Source: Candidatus Micrarchaeota archaeon (GTDB lineage Archaea; Micrarchaeota; Micrarchaeia; Micrarchaeales; CABMGC01). Taken from it: DNA of 64,000 nt. A program made the position numbers and the translations under genes. The stretch is from assembly GCA_021851065.1 (NCBI GenBank), contig JAJZJQ010000004.1, forward strand, positions 3,707-67,706, given 5' to 3'. The stretch's first letter is position 1, and every line of letters starts with the position of its first letter. The notes below the pieces were generated by a model. That model was not told the origin of the DNA. It was given only the letters and a program-made list of their open reading frames with translations, and did not search any database. Positions 19,758-27,310 of this stretch are shown one piece after another.

Positions 19758-22400
19758 TTATCTATGCCTTATGATCGTTCCAAGGGCCGTGCCAGAGCCT
19801 ACTGCAACTATCACTGCAACCAATGCCGGGGTAGTTGCAGGGTTTGAGGACGACCCTGCCACTGTGTAATTATAGCTTATGGTCTCAGGGGCATATTCGG
19901 AGCTTCCGCCTTCCTTGAATATGTACGAGTACCTTCCGGGTCCTGCCATGGTGTAATTTAGCGTACTGTCCGTGCTTCCAATGAAATTGCCGTTGACGTA
20001 CAGCGATGCGTCCAGCGCGTTGTTTGGCGTGTATATGCGCGCCGTGACCGAACATGGCTTTGAGGAAGCAGTAGTGCCGTTCTTGCAGCTCTGCGTGAAC
20101 TCCATAACCGCAATATCTCTTGGCCTTGAGAATTCTTCGGCTATCGATTCATCAAGCGTATTGGCATCACGGCCTACTACCGTGTAATTTCCAGGCATGA
20201 GTCCATACCCGTTGTAAACCGCTGTGCCGTTGCCCGCAGCCACCACATTTCCATCTGCCACTATCTCTATAGTGTGCCCAGCCGGTCCTATTGCTGTCAT
20301 TGTGCCATCTCTGCTTATGTTGAGCACCACCAAAGGACCTCCTCCACTTCCGCTGCTGTTAGTACCATCATGCTGTGTATTGTTTACGGGCTGATTCTTG
20401 TTTGGGACCTGCACCGCTACCGTGGTTGTAGGTTCGGCTGTGACTGCGCTGCCTGCTGACCCGCATATCCCGCCTGCACATCCGCCTCCATTCACCTGAA
20501 GCTGCACATTTGCCGACATCGCGCTTTCATGTGGTTTTACTCCGACGTCAGTAACATTCACCTGATAAGTGTATGTGCCTGCAGATCCTGCTGTCAACGT
20601 GAGGGTGTTAGACGTATCGCCTCCAATGAGGTAAGGCGCAGTTCCGGTGTCATTGTACCAGCTATAGGTATACATGCCGCTTCCTCCGGCCGCTTTGGCA
20701 TAGAACGAGGCACTGCCGCCATTGGCAGATGTCTGCGATGCCGGTGTAACATTGACGCTTAGCCGCCCATAGGCCATTAGCGTGTTGGTGGATATGTTGT
20801 ATATGTAGGTGTAAGAATATTCTCCATACTGGTCTGTCACAAACACCACGGCGTTGAGCGTGAATACGCCTGAGTTTGATGGCATGAAAGGGGTATCTGC
20901 CGTGAAGTTTGCAGTATAGTTGCCTATCATAACGTTCGCAGGCACATCTGCTATGGGTGTATTTGTTTCAGTGTTGTAGAAGAGAACATTGGCGCTTATG
21001 GCTGGGCCTTCGTACTGGCCCTGGTTATGCTGCACCGTGCCAAACTCGCGCGGCAGGAATGAGATCACGCGTTCAGTAAGAATCGCATTCTGTCCAGTAT
21101 CTATCGCATTCGGGCTGACAAGAAGGTAATTGTCCGGGGGCAAAAAGCCCACGTCAAGAGAGTTGCTACCCTGCGCAGTCTCTTTGGCACTGTCTGTCAC
21201 GTTGACTGATATCAAATTGCTATAGTATCCCAGATCAGTATAATTGCCGTATATTACCGCCGAATTAGAGGTTCCATTTATGCGGCTGCCATCAAGGCTC
21301 CATTCATATGTGTATGGCGCGGTGCCTGCGCTTACCTGTGCCGTTACTGTCTCGTTTGTGCCAAGATAAAGCGTATTGTACGGCACTATGACTGTTACTC
21401 CTGTGTTATTTAGCTCTCTGTTTACTGCAACAGAATTCTGCCCTGCAGCTTTCTGCCCAAGGCTGTCAGTCACTTCGACCCTTACTGTATCGTTTCCGAT
21501 TGTCGAGGAGTTTCCATGCAACGTGAGCGTGGGCGAATTAGTGCCTATGGCATTGCTGCCAAGGTTCCATATATAGTTGTACGGGCCTATTCCTCCGTCA
21601 ACGGACGCCGTTAATACTGCGTACTGGGGCACATCTATGACGCTGTTCGACACTGTAACAATCACATTTGGTCCAAGCACATCGTTCGCAACGTCTATCT
21701 CAACAGGCATGGAGCTGAATGCAAACGGATATGATGTGCCAAGGTCTATCACGTTCGCCTTAATCAAGTAGTTGCCAGGTGCCATGGGGGCAAAATCATA
21801 AGTTGCAACGCCATTGTACGTGCCAACTGCCACACTATTCGCCGATGTTCCGTTGTAGTATACAAAACTAACATTGAAAGGCCCGCTCCCGCCTTCAATG
21901 TTCGCGGTAATGGCATCCGGGCTTCCTTGTTGGACCGTATTGGATGCATATGTCAATACTGCTGCAGGTTCCATATCCAGCATTATGTTGTACGTGCTAT
22001 TCAATGTCGCAGGGGTCGTAGCGCTGTCGGTGACCATGAAGTTGAAACTGTATGGGCCTGTCTGGGTAAGCTGGTTAGTTGCAAATGTGCACGATTCCAC
22101 AGCGCCAGCGATCTCATTTGCCCCCTCATTCGCGGGGCACACCTGCGCGGGCGCAAGAGTATACGTGCTGCTGCCAGGAAGCTCTACTAGCCATTCATAC
22201 CTGTAATTCGGGGTGCCGCCTACAGGTATGGCGCCGATAATATTGGCTATCTGCCCCTGGTCATAAATGGCGGATGTGCCGCCTATGATTGCGCTTCCTC
22301 CTCCACCTGCCCAGCATACTGGCAGAACTGCCAGTGCAGCTAACGCTACTGCTACAGCTATGTTTGCAACATTGCCATGCATACGTTTGCTATCGTTCAT
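19758..22400 (-). CDS. large surface glycoprotein with PKD-like repeats
   Basis: ATG at 22400 (the ORF TTG is at 22415). Signal/TM IAVAVALAALAVLPVCWA. Repeated GG(S/I/T)GP(F/Y)N/T-Y-x-W motifs (GGSGPFNVSF, GGIGPYNYIW, AGTAPYTYEW, GGSGMYTYSW). C-terminal TM anchor. Confidence 0.75.
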   Translation of the reverse strand: MNDSKRMHGNVANIAVAVALAALAVLPVCWAGGGGSAIIGGTSAIYDQGQIANIIGAIPVGGTPNYRYEWLVELPGSSTYTLAPAQVCPANEGANEIAGAVESCTFATNQLTQTGPYSFNFMVTDSATTPATLNSTYNIMLDMEPAAVLTYASNTVQQGSPDAITANIEGGSGPFNVSFVYYNGTSANSVAVGTYNGVATYDFAPMAPGNYLIKANVIDLGTSYPFAFSSMPVEIDVANDVLGPNVIVTVSNSVIDVPQYAVLTASVDGGIGPYNYIWNLGSNAIGTNSPTLTLHGNSSTIGNDTVRVEVTDSLGQKAAGQNSVAVNRELNNTGVTVIVPYNTLYLGTNETVTAQVSAGTAPYTYEWSLDGSRINGTSNSAVIYGNYTDLGYYSNLISVNVTDSAKETAQGSNSLDVGFLPPDNYLLVSPNAIDTGQNAILTERVISFLPREFGTVQHNQGQYEGPAISANVLFYNTETNTPIADVPANVMIGNYTANFTADTPFMPSNSGVFTLNAVVFVTDQYGEYSYTYIYNISTNTLMAYGRLSVNVTPASQTSANGGSASFYAKAAGGSGMYTYSWYNDTGTAPYLIGGDTSNTLTLTAGSAGTYTYQVNVTDVGVKPHESAMSANVQLQVNGGGCAGGICGSAGSAVTAEPTTTVAVQVPNKNQPVNNTQHDGTNSSGSGGGPLVVLNISRDGTMTAIGPAGHTIEIVADGNVVAAGNGTAVYNGYGLMPGNYTVVGRDANTLDESIAEEFSRPRDIAVMEFTQSCKNGTTASSKPCSVTARIYTPNNALDASLYVNGNFIGSTDSTLNYTMAGPGRYSYIFKEGGSSEYAPETISYNYTVAGSSSNPATTPALVAVIVAVGSGTALGTIIRHR

Positions 22401-22555
22401 ATCTGCTCCACACAAATGGCATGCCTACAGACGCGCATAGTGTCTTTCCCAAGGCAAGCACACAACAAATCCAATAAGACGAGAACCATATGGCTTTCAA
22501 TGGTATTTAATTGTTTCGGGTAGCCGGCGTAAAGCATCCATCTGCCAAACTCTTC

Positions 22556-23128
22556 TCAGATGCTTTTGTACAGCTTTTGCGCGCTGTTCCTTGGCAGCAG
22601 CATGCGGGCATATCTCATGCGCACTCCATCGGGCCATGCCGACCAGTGGTGATAGCCAGCAGTCCCATATCTTCTAAATCCCCACCTCTTGTAGATCAAA
22701 AAGGTCTTCAAGTTGTGCGGATACATGGTCAATACGATTTCTTTACCAAGCGAAAGCCTAAGCGCATGCTTAAGCAGTTTTTTCCCAACGCCAAGGCCCT
22801 GGAACCTGGGGTCTACGTAAAAAGCCCTCAATTCGTTTCTTCGCCTCTCCTTCTTTACGGTGATTGCGCCAACAATCCTGGACCTATACGTGGCAACGAA
22901 TGTCCATTTCCCACTTGCCGGATACAGGTTATCCTTCATCCAGTTCTGCATGCCTTCGGACGAGAAGACCCTAACTGAGAACAGGCTCCTGTCAAGTCCC
23001 AGCTTCCTGCTCGAGTATGCGACTTCAATGCTTTTTTGCAGCATGCGCGCGTACTTATTGAAATCGCCTCTCTTAGACTGCCTTATAAAGACCGAATCGG
23101 CAGTAATTCCGGCTTTAGTGCCATTCAT
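22556..23128 (-). CDS. GNAT-family N-acetyltransferase
   Basis: RFQGLGVGKKLL acetyl-CoA motif. The ORF extension to 23191 would overlap tRNA-Gly, so the start is taken at MNGTK (23128). Confidence 0.7.
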   Translation of the reverse strand: MNGTKAGITADSVFIRQSKRGDFNKYARMLQKSIEVAYSSRKLGLDRSLFSVRVFSSEGMQNWMKDNLYPASGKWTFVATYRSRIVGAITVKKERRRNELRAFYVDPRFQGLGVGKKLLKHALRLSLGKEIVLTMYPHNLKTFLIYKRWGFRRYGTAGYHHWSAWPDGVRMRYARMLLPRNSAQKLYKSI

Positions 23129-23150
23129 CACGTCCAACCACCAGGAGAAA

Positions 23151-23223
23151 TGCGAGTGCCGGGATTTGAACCCGGGCCATTGACTTGGCAAGCCAAAGTC
23201 CTACCAGGCTAGACTACACTCGC
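23151..23223 (-). tRNA. tRNA-Gly (anticodon GCC)
   Basis: Reverse complement: GCGAGTG TA GTCT AGCCTGGTA GGAC T TTGGC TTGCCAA GTCAA TGGC CCGGG TTCAAAT CCCGG CACTCGC A. Confidence 0.85.
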
Positions 23224-23301
23224 TGTGCAAGAAGAGGATTGACAGCCAATATATTTAAAGAAGATGGGTACAAAAGTAATGATGCTATTGGTGATGCAGA
23301 T

Positions 23302-23478
23302 ATGTCTGATGGTGGAACATACAAATGCGGTTCGTGCGGCGAAGCGCTAAGCGGCCCATGCGGCTACTGCGAGTCATGTGCACAGTACTACCACCTTACC
23401 TGCGCAGTGCAAGGCGGGTCAGAGAACTCGTGGAACTGCCCCAACTGTGCAGTGCAGCTAAGTATGGCTACCTTATAA
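23302..23478 (+). CDS. 58-aa stand-alone PHD-like (C4HC3) zinc-finger protein
   Basis: MSDGGTYKCGSCGEALSGPCGYCESCAQYYHLTCAVQGGSENSWNCPNCAVQ. Spacing is C-x2-C-x10-C-x2-C-x4-H-x2-C-x11-C-x2-C, with YYH..C and W-x-C-x2-C hallmarks. A TATA-like atatatttaaa is upstream (23249-23259). Confidence 0.5.
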   Translation: MSDGGTYKCGSCGEALSGPCGYCESCAQYYHLTCAVQGGSENSWNCPNCAVQLSMATL

Positions 23479-23967
23479 TTCTGCTGCCTGCTTCAAGGTG
23501 TGGCGTTTGCCTCCAATGCACATCAGGTTTCAATGGCAGAAAACTGCAATGGGCTTACCAAAGCAAATAATAAAGGATCAATCACTGCAGGTTGCCTACT
23601 ACAGATGATTCTGTGGTTGCCGAAGGTCTTGTTTTTGTGGCTACAAGCTGCCACAATGGATTTGCTGTGATAAACTTGCCTGCATTAAAGACCAAGTAAT
23701 ATACTATTACTAATAGCTTAAATAGCAAAATTAGATTATTGTAAATAGCTAAAATATATTAATGTTGATGTATGTTCCATACCCCATTCATACGAAACCT
23801 ATAAATTTGTAGAAAGTGGCTTGATAGATAGGCCTGCTTACGAAGCGTCACTAAGGGAAAAATTACGGGTTATTGAGGAATTAGTTCGCAGTTGAGCTTA
23901 CTATCCTCTCCACGAAAGCTCTCATTCTATGCACTTGCTAAGCACTCCTTATCTACCTACGGTGCGC

Positions 23968-24306
23968 TTATTGCTTCATTCCCCTGATTGCCTTGGTTAG
24001 GGCGTTTCGCAGCGCCACTGCTTCGGCCTTGGGAAGATGCGCTACGGTCGTATTGAGGCCTTCGCTCGCAATCACAACTGCTCTTGACCCGATTCCATCA
24101 TAGTGCACTCTACCTACCCAAATGCTCATGTCCCCCAAAAAAGGTAACTTAGCTTGCGCATTTTCCGCTTCTATCTTTGCAAGGATTTTTACTGCCATCT
24201 TATCATCAACTGCCCTTCGGTTACCCTCATTAATAAAGGCATCTGCGCACTCTGTAGCCGATTTGTAGTCTGAGTGCCGCAGGTCTAAGCTATAGCCATG
24301 GTTCAA
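23968..24306 (-). CDS. hypothetical protein
   Basis: 112-aa ORF with a TTG start and no recognisable motif. Its 5' end contains a 12-nt copy of the tRNA-Phe 3' end. Confidence 0.4.
   Translation of the reverse strand: MNHGYSLDLRHSDYKSATECADAFINEGNRRAVDDKMAVKILAKIEAENAQAKLPFLGDMSIWVGRVHYDGIGSRAVVIASEGLNTTVAHLPKAEAVALRNALTKAIRGMKQ
24274..24285 (+). repeat. att-like partial copy of the tRNA-Phe 3' end (gtgccgcaggtc)
   Basis: Identical to 27185-27196 (discriminator plus 3' acceptor strand of tRNA-Phe) in the same orientation. Confidence 0.45.
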
Positions 24307-24358
24307 GTTAGATTGGATATACGAAGGGCATTCAAGCTATATGGCCAGCCAGACTCAG

Positions 24359-24589
24359 CTAAAGTTTAGCTATGAATTCCTCCCTGCTTATCTTTCCCAA
24401 GTCCAAAATGCCTAACAACGTACCAATCTTCACTTCTTTATGCAAGGGCACGACAGTTACAACCTTCTTTCCATCAACAAATTTCCTGAGCGTAACGTGG
24501 CTTCCTTTCTGATGTGCAACTTAAAATCCAAATTCCTTTACTAAAAGCTTGATGATTTGAAGGCCAGAAAGCTTAGGCAATCTTGACAC
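24359..24589 (-). pseudogene. hicA: HicA mRNA-interferase toxin with in-frame TAA
   Basis: Hand translation from GTG 24589: VSRLPKLSGLQIIKLLVKEFGF*VAHQKGSHVTLRKFVDGKKVVTVVPLHKEVKIGTLLGILDLGKISREEFIAKL. The stop at 24521-24523 falls just before the conserved QKGSH. Confidence 0.65.
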
Positions 24590-24809
24590 TCATTGCACCT
24601 ACATTCCTAACTTCCCTTAGTTCATGTTTGACTTCGGGCATCTCTTCCAGGTACAATTCCACTGCTTCTCTTATATTTTTAATGGCATCTTCCAAGTTTT
24701 TCCCTTGTGTAGTAACTCCTGTTACGGCTTCCTTTATTATATAAGTCCTGCCTTCTTTCCAGAATACAGTTTGTAGTTCCACGAATCCACCTAATATATT
24801 ACGCATCAA
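24573..24809 (-). CDS. hicB: HicB-family antitoxin (UPF0150-like)
   Basis: 78 aa. FWKEGRTYIIKEAVTGVTTQGKNLEDAIKNIREAVELYLEE matches the HicB N-terminal domain pattern. Overlaps the hicA start. Confidence 0.7.
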   Translation of the reverse strand: MMRNILGGFVELQTVFWKEGRTYIIKEAVTGVTTQGKNLEDAIKNIREAVELYLEEMPEVKHELREVRNVGAMSVKIA

Positions 24810-24843
24810 AAGGTTATTAAGCTTGGCTTTGTAGTCGATTAAT

Positions 24844-24860
24844 TGCCGCAGGTCGGATTT
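24844..24860 (+). repeat. 17-nt direct copy of the tRNA-Phe 3' end (tgccgcaggtcggattt), putative attR
   Basis: Identical to 27186-27202. Followed by an inverted aaatccg (24873-24879) that forms cggattt/aaatccg arms. Confidence 0.55.
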
Positions 24861-24901
24861 ACAAAATTTTTCAAATCCGTTTCTAAAGAAATTTCTTTAT
24901 A

Positions 24902-25159
24902 TCAAATTTTATCGTATATGTTTTTCCTATGCCCAACTGTTCTGACCAGCACTTTCTTTGTTGCTTCATCTATATCTGCAATGATCCTGTAATCTCCCAC
25001 TCTAAGTTTATATTCTGGTCTACCTGTTAACTGTTTAAAAAAATTATGGGGGTTGTCTAAGCTTCCATCAATTTTCTTTAGAATCCTACCTGCAATCGAT
25101 TTATCTAGCTTTTCTAACTGCATCACTGCTTCTGCAGAGTATTCTAGACTATATGCCAC
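24902..25159 (-). CDS. relE: RelE/ParE-family toxin
   Basis: 85 aa. YKLRVGDYRIIADIDEATKKVLVRTVGHRKNIY is the classic RelE C-terminal pattern. Confidence 0.8.
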   Translation of the reverse strand: MAYSLEYSAEAVMQLEKLDKSIAGRILKKIDGSLDNPHNFFKQLTGRPEYKLRVGDYRIIADIDEATKKVLVRTVGHRKNIYDKI

Positions 25160-25160
25160 T

Positions 25161-25397
25161 CTATAACCCTAATTTTGTGCGAACACCCGCAGAACTATAA
25201 GTTCTTCCATGCTTTATGTCTAGCAGACCACGAAGAAGTGATGCCCTGAACTCCGAAGTGTACTTTCCCTCATCATCTCCTTCCGGTATTAAATCCATCA
25301 AGGCATTTATTATTTCGTCATAGGTTGCTCTCTTATAAATCCTTAACTTATTGAGTCTCTCCCTAGTATCCTTCTCAAGTTGTATTGTTGTATACAT
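25161..25397 (-). CDS. cognate antitoxin (RHH-like N-terminus)
   Basis: 78 aa. Stop lies 1 nt before the relE start. N-terminal TIQLEKDTRERLNKL is beta-strand/helix-like. Confidence 0.6.
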   Translation of the reverse strand: MYTTIQLEKDTRERLNKLRIYKRATYDEIINALMDLIPEGDDEGKYTSEFRASLLRGLLDIKHGRTYSSAGVRTKLGL

Positions 25398-25512
25398 ATA
25401 ACCACTATATAATTAGCATATAACTAATATATAAGATTATGCACTGCTGAAGCTAGCCTGAAGGCAACATATAACTTAAGAAAGTGCACTTCCTTTATTA
25501 TATTAGAATTTT

Positions 25513-26280
25513 ATGAAACTTCCAATCGGCTACAGCAATCCAGCCAGATACTATGGAATTCTTGAACAGAACGGAAAATATGACGGGAATGCAATAATGA
25601 AAAACCGTGTAATAGGAAAAATACTTAAAAAATACGGGGTCAAGACGGTTCTAGATCTTGCGTGTGGACAAGGCTCGCAGGTTTTTTGGCTTGTAGCACA
25701 AGGGTACAAGGTAACAGGAGTCGATCTCAGCCCGGCGATGTTAAAATTTGCAAAATTGAGAGCTAGAAAGGAAAGAGTAAATGTAAAGCTCATTGAGGGA
25801 GATATGCGTACTGTAAAAGTTGGCAGATTTGATGCCGTAATAACCATATTCAATGCAGTAGGGCATCTTACAAAAGCTGAATTCGAGAAGACGATACGGA
25901 ATGTGCGAGATAATCTTAATGATGGGGGACTTTACGTGTTTGATATATTAAACTTAAATGGCAGAAAGAGTATAACTCGCAACGAGCATCTCTGGAATGC
26001 AGGTGATGCTATGTTACGGTCTGTTCAAGTGCAAAAACTAAATAGGAAAAATGGGCATCTTTTAACCTATGAATGCTTTTATAAGCAGAAAAATCCTGGC
26101 AAATTCAACTTGTTCAAACAACATAGGTATATTCTGAAAATATATGACGCAAAACAGCTTAAGGAGATGCTGGTCAGGAATGGATTTGAAGTTTTCGAGC
26201 AATATCATGTAGATGGGGCTACATTCCTGAATAATAAAAATGGGAGTATTTTGACAATTGCAAAAAGGCCATATAAATAA
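25513..26280 (+). CDS. class I SAM-dependent methyltransferase
   Basis: Motif I VLDLACGQG, motif II-like VTGVDLSPAML, post-I acidic IEGDM. Confidence 0.8.
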   Translation: MKLPIGYSNPARYYGILEQNGKYDGNAIMKNRVIGKILKKYGVKTVLDLACGQGSQVFWLVAQGYKVTGVDLSPAMLKFAKLRARKERVNVKLIEGDMRTVKVGRFDAVITIFNAVGHLTKAEFEKTIRNVRDNLNDGGLYVFDILNLNGRKSITRNEHLWNAGDAMLRSVQVQKLNRKNGHLLTYECFYKQKNPGKFNLFKQHRYILKIYDAKQLKEMLVRNGFEVFEQYHVDGATFLNNKNGSILTIAKRPYK

Positions 26281-26338
26281 TCTCCTCGTAGCAAAGCCCG
26301 TAACCCCTACTCTAAAGCCAGGTATTGTAATAATCCTG

Positions 26339-26349
26339 CGGATTTGAAC
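26339..26349 (+). repeat. att-like fragment of the tRNA-Phe T arm (cggatttgaac)
   Basis: Identical to 27196-27206. A 9-nt acceptor fragment tgccgcagg follows at 26360-26368. Shares ctgcggatttga with 27158-27169. Confidence 0.35.
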
Positions 26350-26450
26350 ATATAATTCATGCCGCAGGGCGCCGTCGAGAACGGCTGTTCTCATCTCCGC
26401 ACCGGCATATAAAGACACAATTAGGCAGTAGTGTTTGTTAAACATAAATG

Positions 26451-26458
26451 TTTATATA
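26451..26458 (+). promoter_or_regulatory. TATA-box-like element upstream of vapB
   Basis: tttatata about 30 nt upstream of the ATG at 26488. Confidence 0.3.
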
Positions 26459-26487
26459 TTTGTTTACATAAATAATAAGTGATTATT

Positions 26488-26721
26488 ATGGGTAATGTTA
26501 TAGCGGTAAGGGTATCAAAGGAACTCAAGACAGAGCTAGAGGAACTCGATATAGATTATGCGGATGAGGTTAGGATATATCTTGAGAAAAAGGTAAAACA
26601 ACGGCTACTTTCTAAGACTCTCTCGAAGATAAGTGCACATAGAAGGGAACTACAAAAGAAGATAGGCAAGACTTCAAGTTCGGTTGAATTTATAAGAGAG
26701 GATAGGGAACATGGCCACTGA
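26488..26721 (+). CDS. vapB: VapB-type antitoxin
   Basis: ATG at 26488 (the ORF GTG is at 26479). 77 aa. Overlaps the vapC start by 11 nt. IAVRVSKELKTELEEL is RHH-like. Confidence 0.6.
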   Translation: MGNVIAVRVSKELKTELEELDIDYADEVRIYLEKKVKQRLLSKTLSKISAHRRELQKKIGKTSSSVEFIREDREHGH

Positions 26722-27139
26722 AGCCATTATTGATTCTTCAGTTATTGTTTCCCTTTTAATTCCTGAAGAATTTTCAGACTGGTCTGAAGGCGCTATTGGG
26801 AAATATAAGTTGCTAGGAACACTGGACTTAGCCTATTATGAGGTAACTAATGCTATTCGTAACAAGGTGCTTCAGAAAGAACTAACGAAAATTGATGCAG
26901 ATGTTTCATTGAAAGAAGCAGTGGAATTAATTCGCGGTTCGGAGCTACACACTGCTCCAGAAGCGTTGCCAGAATCACTCTCACTGGCTTTAGAATTGAG
27001 ACTATCTGTTTATGATGCATCTTTTCTAATATCGGCAAAGAGATCACACTCCAGACTTATAACACTAGATGGCAAGTTTGCAGAGAAGTTAAAAGGCACC
27101 CAATATTACGAAATGGTAGAGTTTCCAACCAAGAAATAA
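26711..27139 (+). CDS. vapC: PIN-domain VapC toxin
   Basis: 142 aa. N-terminal IIDSSVIVSLL (first catalytic Asp), YDASFLISA, and LITLDGKF near the C-terminus. Confidence 0.8.
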   Translation: MATEAIIDSSVIVSLLIPEEFSDWSEGAIGKYKLLGTLDLAYYEVTNAIRNKVLQKELTKIDADVSLKEAVELIRGSELHTAPEALPESLSLALELRLSVYDASFLISAKRSHSRLITLDGKFAEKLKGTQYYEMVEFPTKK

Positions 27140-27157
27140 GTGGTAACGGCTGTTTCT

Positions 27158-27169
27158 CTGCGGATTTGA
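27158..27169 (+). repeat. att-like fragment (ctgcggatttga)
   Basis: 12-nt direct repeat of 26336-26347. Together the two copies bracket the vapBC cassette. Confidence 0.35.
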
Positions 27170-27185
27170 GAACAAGAGCATAAGG

Positions 27186-27259
27186 TGCCGCAGGTCGGAT
27201 TTGAACCGACGACCTTCCCGTCTTCAGCGGGACGCTCTCCCAGACTGAGCTACTGAGGC
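27186..27259 (-). tRNA. tRNA-Phe (anticodon GAA)
   Basis: Reverse complement: GCCTCAG TA GCTC AGTCTGGGA GAGC G TCCCG CTGAAGA CGGGA AGGTC GTCGG TTCAAAT CCGAC CTGCGGC A. One U4:C69 acceptor mismatch. Confidence 0.85.
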
Positions 27260-27310
27260 GCACTGATTCTATTGTGTCAAACCCTTTTAAACATATTGAC
27301 GGCAATTGTA

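Larger units (their letters stand above)
24286..27185. mobile_element. degenerate tandem integrated cassettes at tRNA-Phe (no integrase retained)
   Basis: Bounded and subdivided by direct tRNA-Phe 3'-end fragments at 24274, 24844, 26339/26360, 27158 and in the tRNA itself. Visibly more AT-rich than the flanks. Cargo is toxin-antitoxin pairs plus a methyltransferase. Confidence 0.45.

Noticed and set aside
23185-23301. N-terminal extension of the zinc-finger ORF (MASQSPTRLDYTRCARR...).
   Set aside because: It overlaps tRNA-Gly (23151-23223) and the likely promoter. The ATG at 23302 gives the compact finger domain.
23968-24306. The 112-aa ORF containing an att-like 12-mer could be the fragment of an SSV-type integrase, which is split by its own integration.
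   Set aside because: No tyrosine-recombinase motifs (R...HxxR...Y) are visible in the translation, so the idea is unsupported.
24521-24523. In-frame TAA in hicA (and at 14973-14975) as evidence for stop-codon reassignment.
   Set aside because: TAA terminates many conserved genes here at their expected ends (for example argH and the first PadR). Pseudogenisation or assembly error is far more likely.
26335-26410. Possible degenerate tRNA gene, because of T-arm-like and acceptor-like fragments.
   Set aside because: No cloverleaf can be drawn: there is no D arm or anticodon arm and no matching 5' T-stem. It is better explained as recombination-site debris.
26062-26445. 127-aa minus-strand ORF spanning the methyltransferase 3' end and the att scar.
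   Set aside because: It overlaps the well-supported methyltransferase gene, has no motif and has an AT-rich, low-information translation.
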